Source: an uncultured Chlamydiae bacterium
GTDB taxonomy: Bacteria; Chlamydiota; Chlamydiia; Chlamydiales; Parachlamydiaceae
Assembly (NCBI GenBank): GCA_963754655.1
Contig: CAVWGN010000001.1
Span: 1,440,001-1,504,000, forward strand
Length of the DNA: 64,000 nt
Direction of reading: 5' to 3'
In this document: positions 10,132-20,256 of the stretch, piece by piece
Layout: every line of letters begins with the position of its first letter
Position numbering within the stretch: position 1 is the stretch's first letter
Translations under genes and position numbers: made by a program
The notes under the pieces: model-generated
Seen by the model: the letters and a program-made list of their open reading frames with translations, nothing else
What the model was told of the DNA's origin: nothing
Databases searched by the model: none

Positions 10132-10421
10132 GCCATTTCCTTTGAATAACACTAGAAGGCATATAAGAATAACCCAATAAAATTAAATAATCTAGAAGGA
10201 TGTTTAAATCAGCGATTCGAAATCTAGAAAATATGTAATGCAAGGCGCTTTCCCGTTAATGCAAGTATTTTTAATAAAAACCTTCTGCCGTTAATGCATC
10301 AGTTGCAAAAATTTCCTCTTACTCATTGCTTGTTTTCATGTTTTTCATGTATTATCTTAAATTTATGATTCGATTTTAAAATAAACTTTTCCTTAATTAA
10401 ATTTAACGAGATATATAAAAT

Positions 10422-10940
10422 ATGTTTAATGATATTACACAAAGAATGGAAGCCTACTATGATGAAATTCCCAGCAACACTTTTCCCACAATCGCCAAAG
10501 CTATCGTTTTTTCTTTTACGGTAACGTTATTTAGTCAGGGTCAGGTAGAAGGAGCAGGTCTTGATTTCTATGCACGTCCCTTAATTGCAGCAGGTATTGG
10601 AGCTGTAGCGACCCTCATTCATGCTTTGGTGACTCCTATTTTCAATGCAGCATTTGAAAATAATCATCAAGTCATTTTATATCAAGAATTGGTCAAGACA
10701 GGAATAGTTGTGGGTCTTACAAGGATTTTAGCGTGTTGTGTAACAGGTCAAAGAGTTGATATACTAGCCACTACAAAACTTAGTATGCTTTCGACTAATC
10801 TGATAAAAAGTTTATTTCATTTATTGCCGCAAATGTATAGTTATATTGATCCGGCAGTCACTTTCGAAGCGAGAGATATCTTAAATTCATGGGGATTAGA
10901 TACTCCCCATGGAGCAAATTCAACCTATCTTGTTTTTTAA
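10422..10940 (+). CDS. Hypothetical membrane protein
   Basis: 172-aa ORF with 2-3 hydrophobic stretches after an AT-rich leader. Confidence 0.65.
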   Translation: MFNDITQRMEAYYDEIPSNTFPTIAKAIVFSFTVTLFSQGQVEGAGLDFYARPLIAAGIGAVATLIHALVTPIFNAAFENNHQVILYQELVKTGIVVGLTRILACCVTGQRVDILATTKLSMLSTNLIKSLFHLLPQMYSYIDPAVTFEARDILNSWGLDTPHGANSTYLVF

Positions 10941-11003
10941 CTTAAGCTTCAAAGTTAGTGAAAAAAACCCCCGATCGCGCTAGGCTAGGGAAAAGGAGCA
11001 ATT

Positions 11004-11471
11004 ATGCGCGTTTGGCCTTGGATGATGGGGATTGGGTTATATTCCGTAACACTGGGGGCTATTCCAACAGTTGTACCCGATCCGGTTCCTTGTGTTTTAT
11101 ATCTTGAAACACACTTTTTTGTGGAACCTATTGTCAGCCAAGCATTGGGTTTATATAATATCCGGCAGGAGCTATGGGTGCCCATCAATGCCTACCTTCA
11201 AAAGAAAAGCTTAGAGGTGCCAGAGCGCATGAAAAGACGAACAGCCTATAGAGTGCCCAATCCCATTGAGTATCCCATACAAGGGGAAGTCACAGCTAAA
11301 ATTTTGAAAGAAGTTTTATTTGAAGTCTTTATGGAGGCAATGCGCGAATATAATTCCAATGAACGGCCAACTGCCGATTTTGTGTTTGATTATATTTTCA
11401 CTCAACAATTACCCCATTTCATTAAATGTTTTGGCCCTAAAGTTCAAGAATTGAGGCCGAGCTTTGACTAA
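11004..11471 (+). CDS. Exported hypothetical protein, paralogue of the next gene
   Basis: AGGAG ribosome-binding site, signal-peptide-like N terminus; shares FF...PNP...Q...I..E.L.EVF...F..C with 11490-11981. Confidence 0.75.
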   Translation: MRVWPWMMGIGLYSVTLGAIPTVVPDPVPCVLYLETHFFVEPIVSQALGLYNIRQELWVPINAYLQKKSLEVPERMKRRTAYRVPNPIEYPIQGEVTAKILKEVLFEVFMEAMREYNSNERPTADFVFDYIFTQQLPHFIKCFGPKVQELRPSFD

Positions 11472-11489
11472 AATTTTAAAAGAAGAGGA

Positions 11490-11981
11490 TTGATTATGAA
11501 AGACATGATTTCTTGTTTGTGTTGTGCAACCGCTATTTCTACGCTTTGTTTTGCAACTTTGCAGGCAGAAACAACAGGGGTTGTCCTTTCTAATTCCATG
11601 AAATGTACAAAAGAAGAATTAATGACCTTTTTTCCCAAGCAAATTCTCCAATCAATTTTGATTCAAGCTCAATTGCCAAAAGATAAGGCCGATAAAATTG
11701 CCGAAGAATTGTCTCAAAAGGACAAAGAATTTACCAAAATTGTAGAAGAGAAGGCGGCAAAGGTTCAACCTAATCCTTTTCAAGATTTAAGCCAACGCGA
11801 TTTAGCCATTCGAATTTACCGTGAAACTCTTTATGAAGTGTTTGCTAAAGTTTTAAAGGCTAATGGCGTGACAAATGAAGATCAAATTCAAACCTTGCTC
11901 GATGAAATGCAAAATGAAAAGAGCAAGCGTTTTATTGAATGTATTCGCAAACAACCTCATCCTTCAGAGCCGTCATCTTAA
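11490..11981 (+). CDS. Exported hypothetical protein, paralogue of the previous gene
   Basis: GAGG ribosome-binding site, signal peptide ending ATLQA, same shared motif. Confidence 0.75.
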   Translation: MIMKDMISCLCCATAISTLCFATLQAETTGVVLSNSMKCTKEELMTFFPKQILQSILIQAQLPKDKADKIAEELSQKDKEFTKIVEEKAAKVQPNPFQDLSQRDLAIRIYRETLYEVFAKVLKANGVTNEDQIQTLLDEMQNEKSKRFIECIRKQPHPSEPSS

Positions 11982-13246
11982 TCTTCGTTGTTTTTTTTCT
12001 TTCTTAATTGCTGAAAATATTCAAGCCTTTTTTTGAGCTCGCGCTCAAAACCTCTTTCCACTGGACGGTAAAATGATTGTCGTTTCAATGTTGAAGGAAA
12101 ATATTCTTGTCCTGAAAAAGCATCTGCCACGTCATGATCGTATTGATATCCTTTCCCATAGCCTAGCTTTTTCATCAACGAAGTCGGAGCATTAAGAATG
12201 GAGGCTGGCGGACTTAAGTGAGTGGTTTGGGAGGCGCTTTCACGCGCTTCATTGAATCCAGTATAGAGAGCATTGCTCTTAGGAGCCAATGCAAGGTAGA
12301 CGGCTACTTCGGCAAGAGCAAGTTCTCCTTCCGGAGATCCTAGCATTTCATAGGTATCTCTTGCTGCAATGGTAAGAGAAAGGGCCTGCGGATCTGCTAA
12401 TCCAATGTCTTCTATCGCCATTCGAATGAGTCGCCGAGCTAAAAAAAGGGGCTCCTCTCCACCTTCGAGCAAGCGGGCGAGCCAATAAAGGGCAGCATTG
12501 GGATCAGATCCTCTCACTGATTTATGTAAAGCAGAAATGAGATGATAATGCTGATCACCGCTTTTATCAAAAAGGGCAGGTTTTTTCTGCAAAATTTGCC
12601 TTAGTCCCTGCTCATCTACTATCTGTTCAGAGGTGTTTCTAAGGTTTTCAATTAAATTATAGAGATAGCGTCCATCGCCTTGAGCCCAAAGGATCATTAG
12701 CTGGCGTGCTTCTGGAGTTAACGGCAAAGCCCCGAAACGCTTTTCATAGTGCTGCAGTAACTGCTCGAGTGCAAAGGCATCTAGAGGATAAAGAGGTAAA
12801 ACACGCAAACGTGAAAGCAAGGCTGCATTGAGGTAAAAAGAGGGATTTTCTGCTGTCGCACCTATCAGGATAAGGGTTCCATTTTCAACATAGGGTAAAA
12901 AAGCATCTTGCTGAGCCTTATTAAAACGATGAATCTCATCGACGAAAAGCACCGTTCCTTTATGTAAAAGAGGATGCTCTTGAGCCTCTTTAATGATTCT
13001 TTTTAAATCTGTTACACCACTAAAGATTGCACTCATGGAAATGAAGCGCATGTCAAAAGCTTGTGCGTAAAGACGAGCGATAGAGGTTTTGCCACATCCC
13101 GGGGGGCCCCATAAGACAATAGAAAGGGGAGTGCCAGATCGAATCGTGCGCGTAATAAGCCCATTTTCTCCTAAAATATGATCTTGGCCCACAATGTCTT
13201 GAAGAGTGTGAGGACGGAGTTCTTCTGCAAGCGGAAGTTTTTTCAT
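11978..13246 (-). CDS. rarA: Replication-associated recombination protein A (AAA+)
   Basis: GPPGCGKT, FVDEIHRFNKAQQD, ISALHKSVRGSDP, EDIGLADP, APKSN. Confidence 0.95.
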   Translation of the reverse strand: MKKLPLAEELRPHTLQDIVGQDHILGENGLITRTIRSGTPLSIVLWGPPGCGKTSIARLYAQAFDMRFISMSAIFSGVTDLKRIIKEAQEHPLLHKGTVLFVDEIHRFNKAQQDAFLPYVENGTLILIGATAENPSFYLNAALLSRLRVLPLYPLDAFALEQLLQHYEKRFGALPLTPEARQLMILWAQGDGRYLYNLIENLRNTSEQIVDEQGLRQILQKKPALFDKSGDQHYHLISALHKSVRGSDPNAALYWLARLLEGGEEPLFLARRLIRMAIEDIGLADPQALSLTIAARDTYEMLGSPEGELALAEVAVYLALAPKSNALYTGFNEARESASQTTHLSPPASILNAPTSLMKKLGYGKGYQYDHDVADAFSGQEYFPSTLKRQSFYRPVERGFERELKKRLEYFQQLRKKKNNED

Positions 13247-13755
13247 ATCTTTCGACTCTTCGTCAAACGGAATAAACGGTAACGTCTTTTCATCAGCGTG
13301 AGCATCCAGGCGGGTAAGGAAAATGCCAAAATTGCATAGATGGCCATTTGCATAGGGAGCACAATCAGATCACTGATGAGCCATTCTCCGGAGAATGTAA
13401 AGGGTTTGCCGATGAGATAAAATATGCCGATCTGAATGAGCATAGATAAGCAAGTAAAAATAAATGACATGAGAGGCAAGGTGCTGAATCCATCTTCAAA
13501 AAAAAGAAATCTGTAACGATAGAGGCAAAAAATTGTTAAACAATAGTTAATAGCATAATTTCCTAAACGAGTCTCTGAAGAAAAAAGATCAATAACTCCT
13601 CCGCAGATCAAAGCCCACCACAAACAATGAGCAAGAGAGCAGCGGTAAAGGCATAAGATCAAAAAGGGAGTAAAATAGAGCAGATGCAAAAAAGGAAAGA
13701 AAAGGGGAAGTAGCATAGCTAGGCAATAAGTATAGATAAACAGATACAGAGTCAT
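13243..13755 (-). CDS. MreD-like rod-shape membrane protein
   Basis: About 5 TM segments with a G..IDL......G.YA pattern typical of MreD. ATG at 13755 assumed. Confidence 0.55.
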   Translation of the reverse strand: MTLYLFIYTYCLAMLLPLFFPFLHLLYFTPFLILCLYRCSLAHCLWWALICGGVIDLFSSETRLGNYAINYCLTIFCLYRYRFLFFEDGFSTLPLMSFIFTCLSMLIQIGIFYLIGKPFTFSGEWLISDLIVLPMQMAIYAILAFSLPAWMLTLMKRRYRLFRLTKSRKI

Positions 13756-13816
13756 TATCCTACCAATTTGAAAGTGCTTTTCTTTTAATAGCAATCAAAT
13801 TCTTATTTCTCTTGTT

Positions 13817-15100
13817 TCAGCTTTTTGATGCATCGTCTTGTATCGGTACTTTGGGGGAATATTTTTCAACAATTCTTTGATAGGAATTGGCAAAACCCCA
13901 TTTCCTCATAGATTTAAGACTTTGAGTCAATTCATCTTTTTTAACATGACTGAAAAGAAACTCAATCAGATTTTCATCATATAATTGACAGAATTTCTCT
14001 TCTATTGAGAATCGAAACATCACATAATCTATCAAATCTGCCGAAAACTCGCCTAGTGTTTGAGGAGTGATTTTATCATAAATTTTTTCAATAACATATA
14101 GGGAATATCTACCAAGAGCTTGACGGATGTGATATTCTTCAAGTGTTAGGGAGCATTTCTTCAACAAATCTAGAATAAAGCCTTCAGAAAACGTAGAATA
14201 AGTTCCTTGGAGAGCTAACCTAACAATACTATCATCAACAGTAGGACAATTTTTCAAAAGCTTCGCAATAAATTTCTCAGAATGGCCATTTAGAATTGCG
14301 TGTTGAATATCACATTCCTCAACTTTTATTAACTGATCATACTTGTCGATATAGTTTTCTTCTAACAAGTGTTCGTAATCAGGTGGAAAATCATTAAAAA
14401 GAGAGGGTAGCCAAATAGAGTTTGGACCACAACTTTTTATTAAAGCCGGCACAAGATGTTTAAATTTTTCTGTTTTGATTGCGAAGGATATGACAGCGCC
14501 ACTGACCTTAAATTTATAATGATTTAATGTTTGTACTGTTTCTACAGAACACCAACTTTGCTCGATGATGGACTTGAACAGTCCAAATAATTTTGCTTCA
14601 GTAGCCCCTGCGCGAAGAAATGTCTGGACTTCTTGATCAGGCTCCAGAACGTATGAATCATTAAAACGCTCATCATTTGGGAGCTTAGAAAACCGACAAT
14701 GAATAAAAATTGGTTGGAGTTTAAAAACAAAACGGCTCCATGTTTCATTTAAAAGAGATAGGGTATTTTCCGCATTTTGGTTAGACGGATCTGTGGGTAA
14801 AGAAAGTCTACGATCAATATTTTGTTTTGTTTCATAAACTTGTTTTGTGCGGCAGTTGTTCAATAGAGTAGGGATTTTTTTGCAAAAGAAGTTGCAGTAG
14901 CCTTTGTAGTAGCTCATGAGCTGTGCACTGGGTGTTAAATTTGGATTTAGGATAATTCCCAATTTAGACAGCAGCTCTGATGAAACAAATTGATTAATTT
15001 TTTTACTTACCAGTAAGCATTCTCCTTGAGTTTTTTGATCTAAGTACTCACCTAATATCAGTGTGGATAATTCATTTGGCAAATTTGAAAGATAATCCAT
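13817..15100 (-). CDS. F-box-like protein with C-terminal helical repeats (putative effector)
   Basis: N-terminal LSNLPNELSTLILGEYLD...CLLVSK F-box pattern; repeated AI/AL...SE.FI..LLK.C helices. Confidence 0.75.
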   Translation of the reverse strand: MDYLSNLPNELSTLILGEYLDQKTQGECLLVSKKINQFVSSELLSKLGIILNPNLTPSAQLMSYYKGYCNFFCKKIPTLLNNCRTKQVYETKQNIDRRLSLPTDPSNQNAENTLSLLNETWSRFVFKLQPIFIHCRFSKLPNDERFNDSYVLEPDQEVQTFLRAGATEAKLFGLFKSIIEQSWCSVETVQTLNHYKFKVSGAVISFAIKTEKFKHLVPALIKSCGPNSIWLPSLFNDFPPDYEHLLEENYIDKYDQLIKVEECDIQHAILNGHSEKFIAKLLKNCPTVDDSIVRLALQGTYSTFSEGFILDLLKKCSLTLEEYHIRQALGRYSLYVIEKIYDKITPQTLGEFSADLIDYVMFRFSIEEKFCQLYDENLIEFLFSHVKKDELTQSLKSMRKWGFANSYQRIVEKYSPKVPIQDDASKS

Positions 15101-15247
15101 AACCGACAAACCTCTATTTAATTATAAATAAATTTATATTACTCCTCTTTAAAATTGATTATTGCATGTTGTTAATTAATAAATCATGGAAAAAAACTAG
15201 GAAAAAAATATGTTAATGAAATACAAATGCAAAGTATTTTAAAAGTC

Positions 15248-15286
15248 CTAGTATCTGTCACATGAGTTTTGCCTATAGGATGCTAG
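15248..15286 (+). repeat. Truncated left end of a family G element
   Basis: ctagtatctgtcacatgagttttgcctataggatg resembles ctagtactcaaccacatgagtttttgcctagtgggatg at 39938. Confidence 0.6.
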
Positions 15287-15335
15287 CATTTTTAAGACAC
15301 TGAGGACATAAGAAACGCAAAGGGAAAATCATGAC

Positions 15336-16385
15336 ATGAAAAAGATTTCAGTTGGCATTCTGGGTGCAACAGGAATGGTAGGACAAAAATTTGTCGAGTT
15401 GCTCTCTTCTCATCCTTGGTTTGAGATTGTCGCTCTTGCTGCTTCCGACCGTTCTGCTGGTAAACGGTATGGCGAGGCCATGCAATGGTTAATGCCAACG
15501 ACATTATCACAAAAAATTGCCGATATGCCTGTCGTGACCTGTCAACCAACTCTACCTTGCGATCTTGTCTTTTCAGGATTGGATTCTAAGGTTGCGGGAG
15601 AAATTGAAGAAACTTTTGCTAGGGCTGGCTATAAGGTCGTTTCCAATTCTAGCAATCATCGCATGGATCCCACCGTACCGCTTTTAATTCCTGAGATCAA
15701 TAGTGATCATCTAAAACTTATTCAACATCAGCGCTTTGGCAAAGGCGCTATTATCACAAATCCCAACTGCTCTGTGATTGGAATGACCCTCTCATTAAAG
15801 CCTCTGCTTGATCAATGGGGTATTGAGGCTGTGCATGCCGTGACCTTGCAAGCGTTATCGGGTGCAGGATATCCTGGAGTTCCAAGCATGGAAATCCTCG
15901 ATAATGTGATTCCTTACATTGCAGGAGAAGAGGACAAAGTGGAAAGAGAGCCTTTAAAAATTATGGGAACATGTCAGGGAAAAGAAATTATTCCCTATCC
16001 CATGCGTTTGAGTGCGCAATGCAATCGTGTACCTGTAACAGATGGACATTTAGCTTGCCTATCAGTCAAGTTTAAGAAAAAAGCCAATGCAAATGAAATC
16101 CTTGTTGCGTGGAGAAGCTTTGAGGGAGAACCTCAATGGTTAAAACTCCCTATGGCCCCTAAGCGTCCCATCATTTACCTAGAAGATGAGAGGCATCCCC
16201 AACCAAAATTGCATCGCACTCTTGAGAGTGGAATGGCAGTCTCGATAGGGCGGCTTCGCGAGTGTCCTTTGTTCGATTGGAAATTTGTCATTCTTTCGCA
16301 TAATACCATGAGGGGAGCTGCAGGATGTGCCATTCTCAATGCAGAGCTTATGGTCAAAAAAGGATATCTTGGCATGGAACCATAA
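15336..16385 (+). CDS. asd: Aspartate-semialdehyde dehydrogenase
   Basis: GATGMVG, NPNCS (catalytic Cys), QALSGAGYPG, CNRVPVTDGH, HNTMRGAAG. Confidence 0.96.
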   Translation: MKKISVGILGATGMVGQKFVELLSSHPWFEIVALAASDRSAGKRYGEAMQWLMPTTLSQKIADMPVVTCQPTLPCDLVFSGLDSKVAGEIEETFARAGYKVVSNSSNHRMDPTVPLLIPEINSDHLKLIQHQRFGKGAIITNPNCSVIGMTLSLKPLLDQWGIEAVHAVTLQALSGAGYPGVPSMEILDNVIPYIAGEEDKVEREPLKIMGTCQGKEIIPYPMRLSAQCNRVPVTDGHLACLSVKFKKKANANEILVAWRSFEGEPQWLKLPMAPKRPIIYLEDERHPQPKLHRTLESGMAVSIGRLRECPLFDWKFVILSHNTMRGAAGCAILNAELMVKKGYLGMEP

Positions 16386-16430
16386 GAGAAGGGCGTCAAA
16401 TCAATAGAACAGATGTTCTTTGGAGGGAAA

Positions 16431-17002
16431 CTAGTACTCAACCCCACTAGTTTTGTGTATTTAGACTCTTCAAAGCCCCGGGGCTAGGGTGTTCATTTTG
16501 TGCAAAAAATGAGCTTTATTTTTCACAATAATTGGCATAGTTAAATTGAAGGTCGCATGTTTATGCCGTCCTTTCAGGACTCGATGTCTTTTTGATAGAA
16601 CCCAGGCCTCCGCTTCGCTGCGACCTGGGCTGTAACATAACGGCCCTTCAGGCCTTAACAAAAAGATGATTTAGGGCTATAGAAGAGGGACTTAAACATC
16701 TCTTGTTAAGGCCTGAAGGGCCGTTATGTTACAGCCCAGGTCGCAGCGAAGCGGAGGCCTGGGTTCTATCAAAAAGACATCGAGTCCTGAAAGGACGGCA
16801 TAAACATGCGACCTTCAATTTAACTATGCCAATTATTGTGAAAAATAAAGCTCATTTTTTGCACAAAATGAACACCCTAGCCCCGGGGTGAATTGGCGTA
16901 ACTGGGTCCATATTGTGCTAATATTGACCCACTTACGCCACAATTCAACCCCGGGGCTTTGAAGCAGTCTAAATACACAAAACTAATGTGGTTGAGTACT
17001 AG
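16431..17002. mobile_element. CTAG-bounded MITE-like element (family A) carrying an inserted 397-bp palindrome (family B)
   Basis: Terminal inverted repeats ctagtactcaacc..ttttgtgtatttagac / gtctaaatacacaaaa..ggttgagtactag. B (16484-16880) has 178-bp inverted arms and ccccgggg on both sides. Empty A copy at 41140-41305. Confidence 0.85.
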
Positions 17003-17003
17003 A

Positions 17004-17693
17004 TTAATAGGCTCCTTTCGAAAAGAGCATGGCAGGAATGGTTTTAGCAATGAGCTTCATATCTAATAGAAAAGAATGATTGTTGACATAATATTCATCC
17101 ATTTCAATGCGTCTCTCATATGAATGAACATCACTTCTTCCAGACACTTGCCAGATGCCTGTTAATCCAGGGCGAATAGAAAGAATTTTATAAGCTTTCA
17201 CATGGTAATACTTCGCAATCTCATCTTTAACGACAGGCCGTGGTCCGACAACACTAAGATCCCCCTTAAAAACATTCCAAAATTGAGGTAATTCATCCAA
17301 AGAGGTTTTTCGTAAAAATGCTCCAAAAGGGGTAATGCGAGGATCGCTTTTTAATTTATAAGTTTTTTCCCACTCTTCTCGCAAGTGCGGATGAGAAGTC
17401 AAAATAGCTTTAAGGCGTTGATCGGCATTTGAATACATAGAACGAAATTTGTAGCAGCGAAAGGTCTTGCCTCCTCTCCCTATGCGCTCATGCGAATAAA
17501 TCACTTTTCCTGGCGATGTCACAACAATCAATAAGGCAATTAAAAGATAGACAGGAGCTCCAATGATTAAACATACCAGACTAAAGAAAATATCAAACCC
17601 TCTTTTAATGGGAATATGCTTAATTTTGCAATCAAGTGGCAAATGTAAGGGAATCAGTGGTGCACAAGGAGATAAATTATTAATTTCTTCCAT
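17004..17693 (-). CDS. Undecaprenyl-phosphate sugar phosphotransferase (WbaP/WcaJ family)
   Basis: IKRGFD, KFRSM, DPRIT, LRKTSLDELPQFWNVFKGDLSVVGPRP, RPGLTGIWQVSGRS. Confidence 0.93.
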   Translation of the reverse strand: MEEINNLSPCAPLIPLHLPLDCKIKHIPIKRGFDIFFSLVCLIIGAPVYLLIALLIVVTSPGKVIYSHERIGRGGKTFRCYKFRSMYSNADQRLKAILTSHPHLREEWEKTYKLKSDPRITPFGAFLRKTSLDELPQFWNVFKGDLSVVGPRPVVKDEIAKYYHVKAYKILSIRPGLTGIWQVSGRSDVHSYERRIEMDEYYVNNHSFLLDMKLIAKTIPAMLFSKGAY

Positions 17694-17846
17694 ACCACAA
17701 ATTAAGTAAAGTTGATCACTAGCAAATTCTTATATCCTATTTAATAAAAAATTCCAATAGATATTTCGCACCTTTTAGCAACTATTCTGTAAATCTTTTC
17801 CTTTTTTTTCTTTAGAAGGAGAAATAATTGCCTAAAATCCTATTGA

Positions 17847-18737
17847 TCAATGTTTACGGCGTAAAATAAAATCAGCCAAGCCAACTAAAAGAGAGGTGTC
17901 ATAAGGTAAAGGAGCTAAAGATTTAACTGCTTGATTATAATAGTTTAAGGCGTAAGATTGGGCTTGCTCTATACCGAGTAGTGAGACATAAGTTGATTTT
18001 TCATTGCGAATATCTGAAGCAATGTTTCGGCCATGTTTAGCCTGACTCGAAGTGACATCTAAAATATCATCTACAACTTGGAAGGCAAGGCCAATGCATT
18101 CCCCAAATTGACGCAAACAATCCAATTGATTTGGGTTTGCATTGGCAATGATTCCGCCAAATTCAATCGCCGCTGTCATTAATGCAGCAGTTTTATTGCG
18201 GTGGAGAAGGCGTAAGGTATCCAAAGAGATTTTCTGTCCTTCATAAGCCAAGTCCATGACTTGTCCGCCAATCATTCCCTCACTTCCGCTTTGACGGGCA
18301 AGAATAGCAATCAATTGAGCTTTTTTGTCAGCATTTAAATGACGATCAGTGGCTAAAACTTCAAAAGCATAAGTCAAGAGAAAATCGCCTGTTAAAACCG
18401 CATGTCCTTCTGAATATTTTCGATGAAGTGTTAATTTTCCACGACGGTAGTCATCATTATCCATGCAGGGCAAATCGTCGTGAATCATAGAATAAGTATG
18501 AATCATTTCTAAAGTGCAAGCGGGGGTTAGGGCAAGATGAGGATCGCCTTTTAAGACGTGTGTTGTTGTCAGAGCTAAAATCGGCCGCAATCGCTTACCG
18601 CCGCCTAATAAAGCGTAGCGCGCCGCTTCAAAGAGCTGTTGAGAAGGGCCATGACGTATGGGAACTAAGCGATCTAGCTCTTGTTCAATGAGTTGTCCTT
18701 GAGTTTGTATATAGTGGGCAATATCTGTTACCATCAT
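17847..18737 (-). CDS. ispA: Farnesyl/geranylgeranyl diphosphate synthase
   Basis: GGKRLRP, HDDLPCMDNDDYRRG, GQVMD, KT, FQVVDD. Confidence 0.92.
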   Translation of the reverse strand: MMVTDIAHYIQTQGQLIEQELDRLVPIRHGPSQQLFEAARYALLGGGKRLRPILALTTTHVLKGDPHLALTPACTLEMIHTYSMIHDDLPCMDNDDYRRGKLTLHRKYSEGHAVLTGDFLLTYAFEVLATDRHLNADKKAQLIAILARQSGSEGMIGGQVMDLAYEGQKISLDTLRLLHRNKTAALMTAAIEFGGIIANANPNQLDCLRQFGECIGLAFQVVDDILDVTSSQAKHGRNIASDIRNEKSTYVSLLGIEQAQSYALNYYNQAVKSLAPLPYDTSLLVGLADFILRRKH

Positions 18738-20146
18738 GTTTGACCTACTTTTATCTTAAAAGAGAGAGGGAGACAATCGAGTTGCTTTTTTAAATTGTTG
18801 ACATTATGAGCATAAGCAGGCTGTTGGCCAATGCTAATGTAATCAAATCCTTTACGAGCCATTTCTTCAGGTTGATATTGATTGCGACCGTCAAAGAACG
18901 CACGACCTATCATGCGATTCAATAAAGATTGAAAATCCAAAAATCGAAATTGTTTCCACTCTGTCATGAGAACTAAAGCGTCAGCTCCTTCGGCAGTTTC
19001 CAACTCATCTTGGCACCAGGTAATGCTTGCATGATGAAGACCTAAAGATTTGGCTTTTGGCATGGCAATTGGATCGAAAAGACGCAGAGTAACATGTTGA
19101 TTGAGAAGATCTTGAAGGAGAACAAGAGACGAGGCTTCACGCATATCATCTGTATCAGGTTTAAACGATAAGCCTAAAATTCCAATTGTTTTTCCTTTTA
19201 GTCCGCCGTGAGATGCAAAATAAGCAGCCAGTTTTAATCCCATCACTTTTTTTTGATTGCGATTGACTTCTTGCACGGCTCGAATGACTGAGAGCTCTAC
19301 TTTACATGCCTCTCCCTGAGCGATGAGAGCTTGAATGTCTTTAGGCAAGCAAGATCCTCCAAAACCTACGCCTGGATAGAGAAATTTATTACCAATTCGT
19401 TCATCCGCTCCCATGGCTTTGCGGACCCAATTGATATTCGCACCGAGCTTCTCACAAAGAGTAGCCATTTCATTCATAAATGAAATGCGAGTGGCAAGCA
19501 TTGCATTGGAAGCATACTTTGCGAGCTCTGCAGAATAAATATCCATGACAAGCAAGCGATCATGATTGAGCATAAAAGGGGAATAGATTTCTTTCATGAT
19601 GGTTGCGGAGCGAGGATTATTAACTCCAATAATGACGCGATCAGGTTTCATGAAGTCTTGGACTGCATTCCCTTCTTTGAGAAACTCAGGATTAGATACA
19701 ACATCGAAATCAATAGAGATCTGACGTTTATCTAGTTCTGTTTCGATGATTTGTGCGAGTTTGGAAGTTGTTCCCACGGGGACAGTAGATTTGGTCGCAA
19801 TGACGCAATAACGCTGGAGATGGCATCCTAATGTCTTAGCAACTAATTCGACTTGAAGGGTGTCGGCTTGTCCAAGCGTGGTTGTGGGAGTATCAACAGT
19901 GATAAAGCAGGCATCGGCTTGAGAGACGCTGGTTGCATAGTCAGTTGTAAAAGCCAATCGTTTAGATTTAATATTGCGCTTAACCATTTCTTCTAAGCCG
20001 GGCTCATAAATAGGAATCACGCCTTGATTGAGGGCGTCAATTTTGGCAGCATTAATATCCACACAAATGACGTGATGCCCCATTTCTGCAAAGCAGGTTC
20101 CGCTGACCAATCCAACATAACCCACTCCAATCATGAGAAGTTTCAT
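18734..20146 (-). CDS. ugd: UDP-glucose 6-dehydrogenase
   Basis: GVGYVG, KSTVPVGT, NPEFLKEG, GFGGSCLPKD, FKPDTDDMRE. Confidence 0.93.
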   Translation of the reverse strand: MKLLMIGVGYVGLVSGTCFAEMGHHVICVDINAAKIDALNQGVIPIYEPGLEEMVKRNIKSKRLAFTTDYATSVSQADACFITVDTPTTTLGQADTLQVELVAKTLGCHLQRYCVIATKSTVPVGTTSKLAQIIETELDKRQISIDFDVVSNPEFLKEGNAVQDFMKPDRVIIGVNNPRSATIMKEIYSPFMLNHDRLLVMDIYSAELAKYASNAMLATRISFMNEMATLCEKLGANINWVRKAMGADERIGNKFLYPGVGFGGSCLPKDIQALIAQGEACKVELSVIRAVQEVNRNQKKVMGLKLAAYFASHGGLKGKTIGILGLSFKPDTDDMREASSLVLLQDLLNQHVTLRLFDPIAMPKAKSLGLHHASITWCQDELETAEGADALVLMTEWKQFRFLDFQSLLNRMIGRAFFDGRNQYQPEEMARKGFDYISIGQQPAYAHNVNNLKKQLDCLPLSFKIKVGQT

Positions 20147-20256
20147 AGCAACCTTTTATTTTGAAATCTTGAAGGAACAAAATTATACTTCATCTGAACT
20201 TTTGCTGCATGAAGAAAATACAATAGGAATGATTTGAACTTTTGCAAACAAAACAC

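Noticed and set aside
16470..16891. Two divergent ORFs with identical 62-63 aa translations
   Set aside because: They are a by-product of the perfect palindrome B; TTG starts and no protein-like features.
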